64,000 bases of DNA from Eledone cirrhosa (Eukaryota): contig OZ024741.1 of the NCBI GenBank assembly GCA_964016885.1, positions 130,510,001 to 130,574,000 of the forward strand, given 5' to 3'. Positions 63,862 through 64,000 of this stretch are shown here, piece by piece (positions within the stretch are counted from its first letter, which is position 1; each line of letters starts with the position of its first letter). The notes below the pieces were generated by a model. The model was not told the DNA's origin. It searched no databases and worked only from the letters and a program-made list of their open reading frames with translations. The position numbers were made by a program, and so were the translations under genes.

Positions 63862-64000
63862 GGCGGTGAAATGGCAGACTCATTAGAACGTATTTGCGGT
63901 ATTTGTTTCGGCTCTTTGCTCTCTGATTTCAAATCCCACCGTGGTAAACCTTGCCATCTATCCATTCCAGGTCGATAAAATAAAATACCAGTCAAGTACT
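63862..64000 (+). mobile_element. tRNA-derived SINE, cut by the window end
   Basis: GGCGGTGAAATGGCAGACTCATTAG (A-box-like), GATTTCAAATCCC (B-box-like), then GGTCGATAAAATAAAATACCAGTCAAGTACT, which resembles from memory the abundant octopus SINE body. Confidence 0.7.

Overview
AT-rich eukaryotic, repeat-dominated DNA with no confidently identifiable host gene. The dense (TA)n/(CA)n tracts and the SINE/LINE types suggest a coleoid cephalopod such as Octopus (inference from recalled repeat families, not a search). Three parts. (i) 1-14.7 kb: decayed RTE and CR1/L2-like LINEs, a hAT-type MITE, a SINE, fold-back elements, and seven apparently identical 310-bp tandem units inside (TA)n. Each unit carries a type I hammerhead ribozyme (HHR) on the minus strand, so the array looks like a retrozyme / circular-RNA locus. 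(ii) 14.97-58.1 kb: one ~43-kb, nearly G-free triplet-phased satellite built from hexamer words (CCATCA/CTACTA/CCAACA) with kb-scale higher-order duplications. Its huge ORFs (GDGSS, VVM, HHYQ, TITT) are largely forced by composition and broken by duplicated frameshifts. (iii) 58.3-64 kb: 5'-truncated Penelope-like elements (GIY-YIG, two families, one with an inverted pLTR), a minisatellite and a tRNA-derived SINE. Six distinct HHR or HHR-like motifs occur outside the satellite, nearly all within or beside (TA)n. All coordinates were read by eye; no folding or database search was run.
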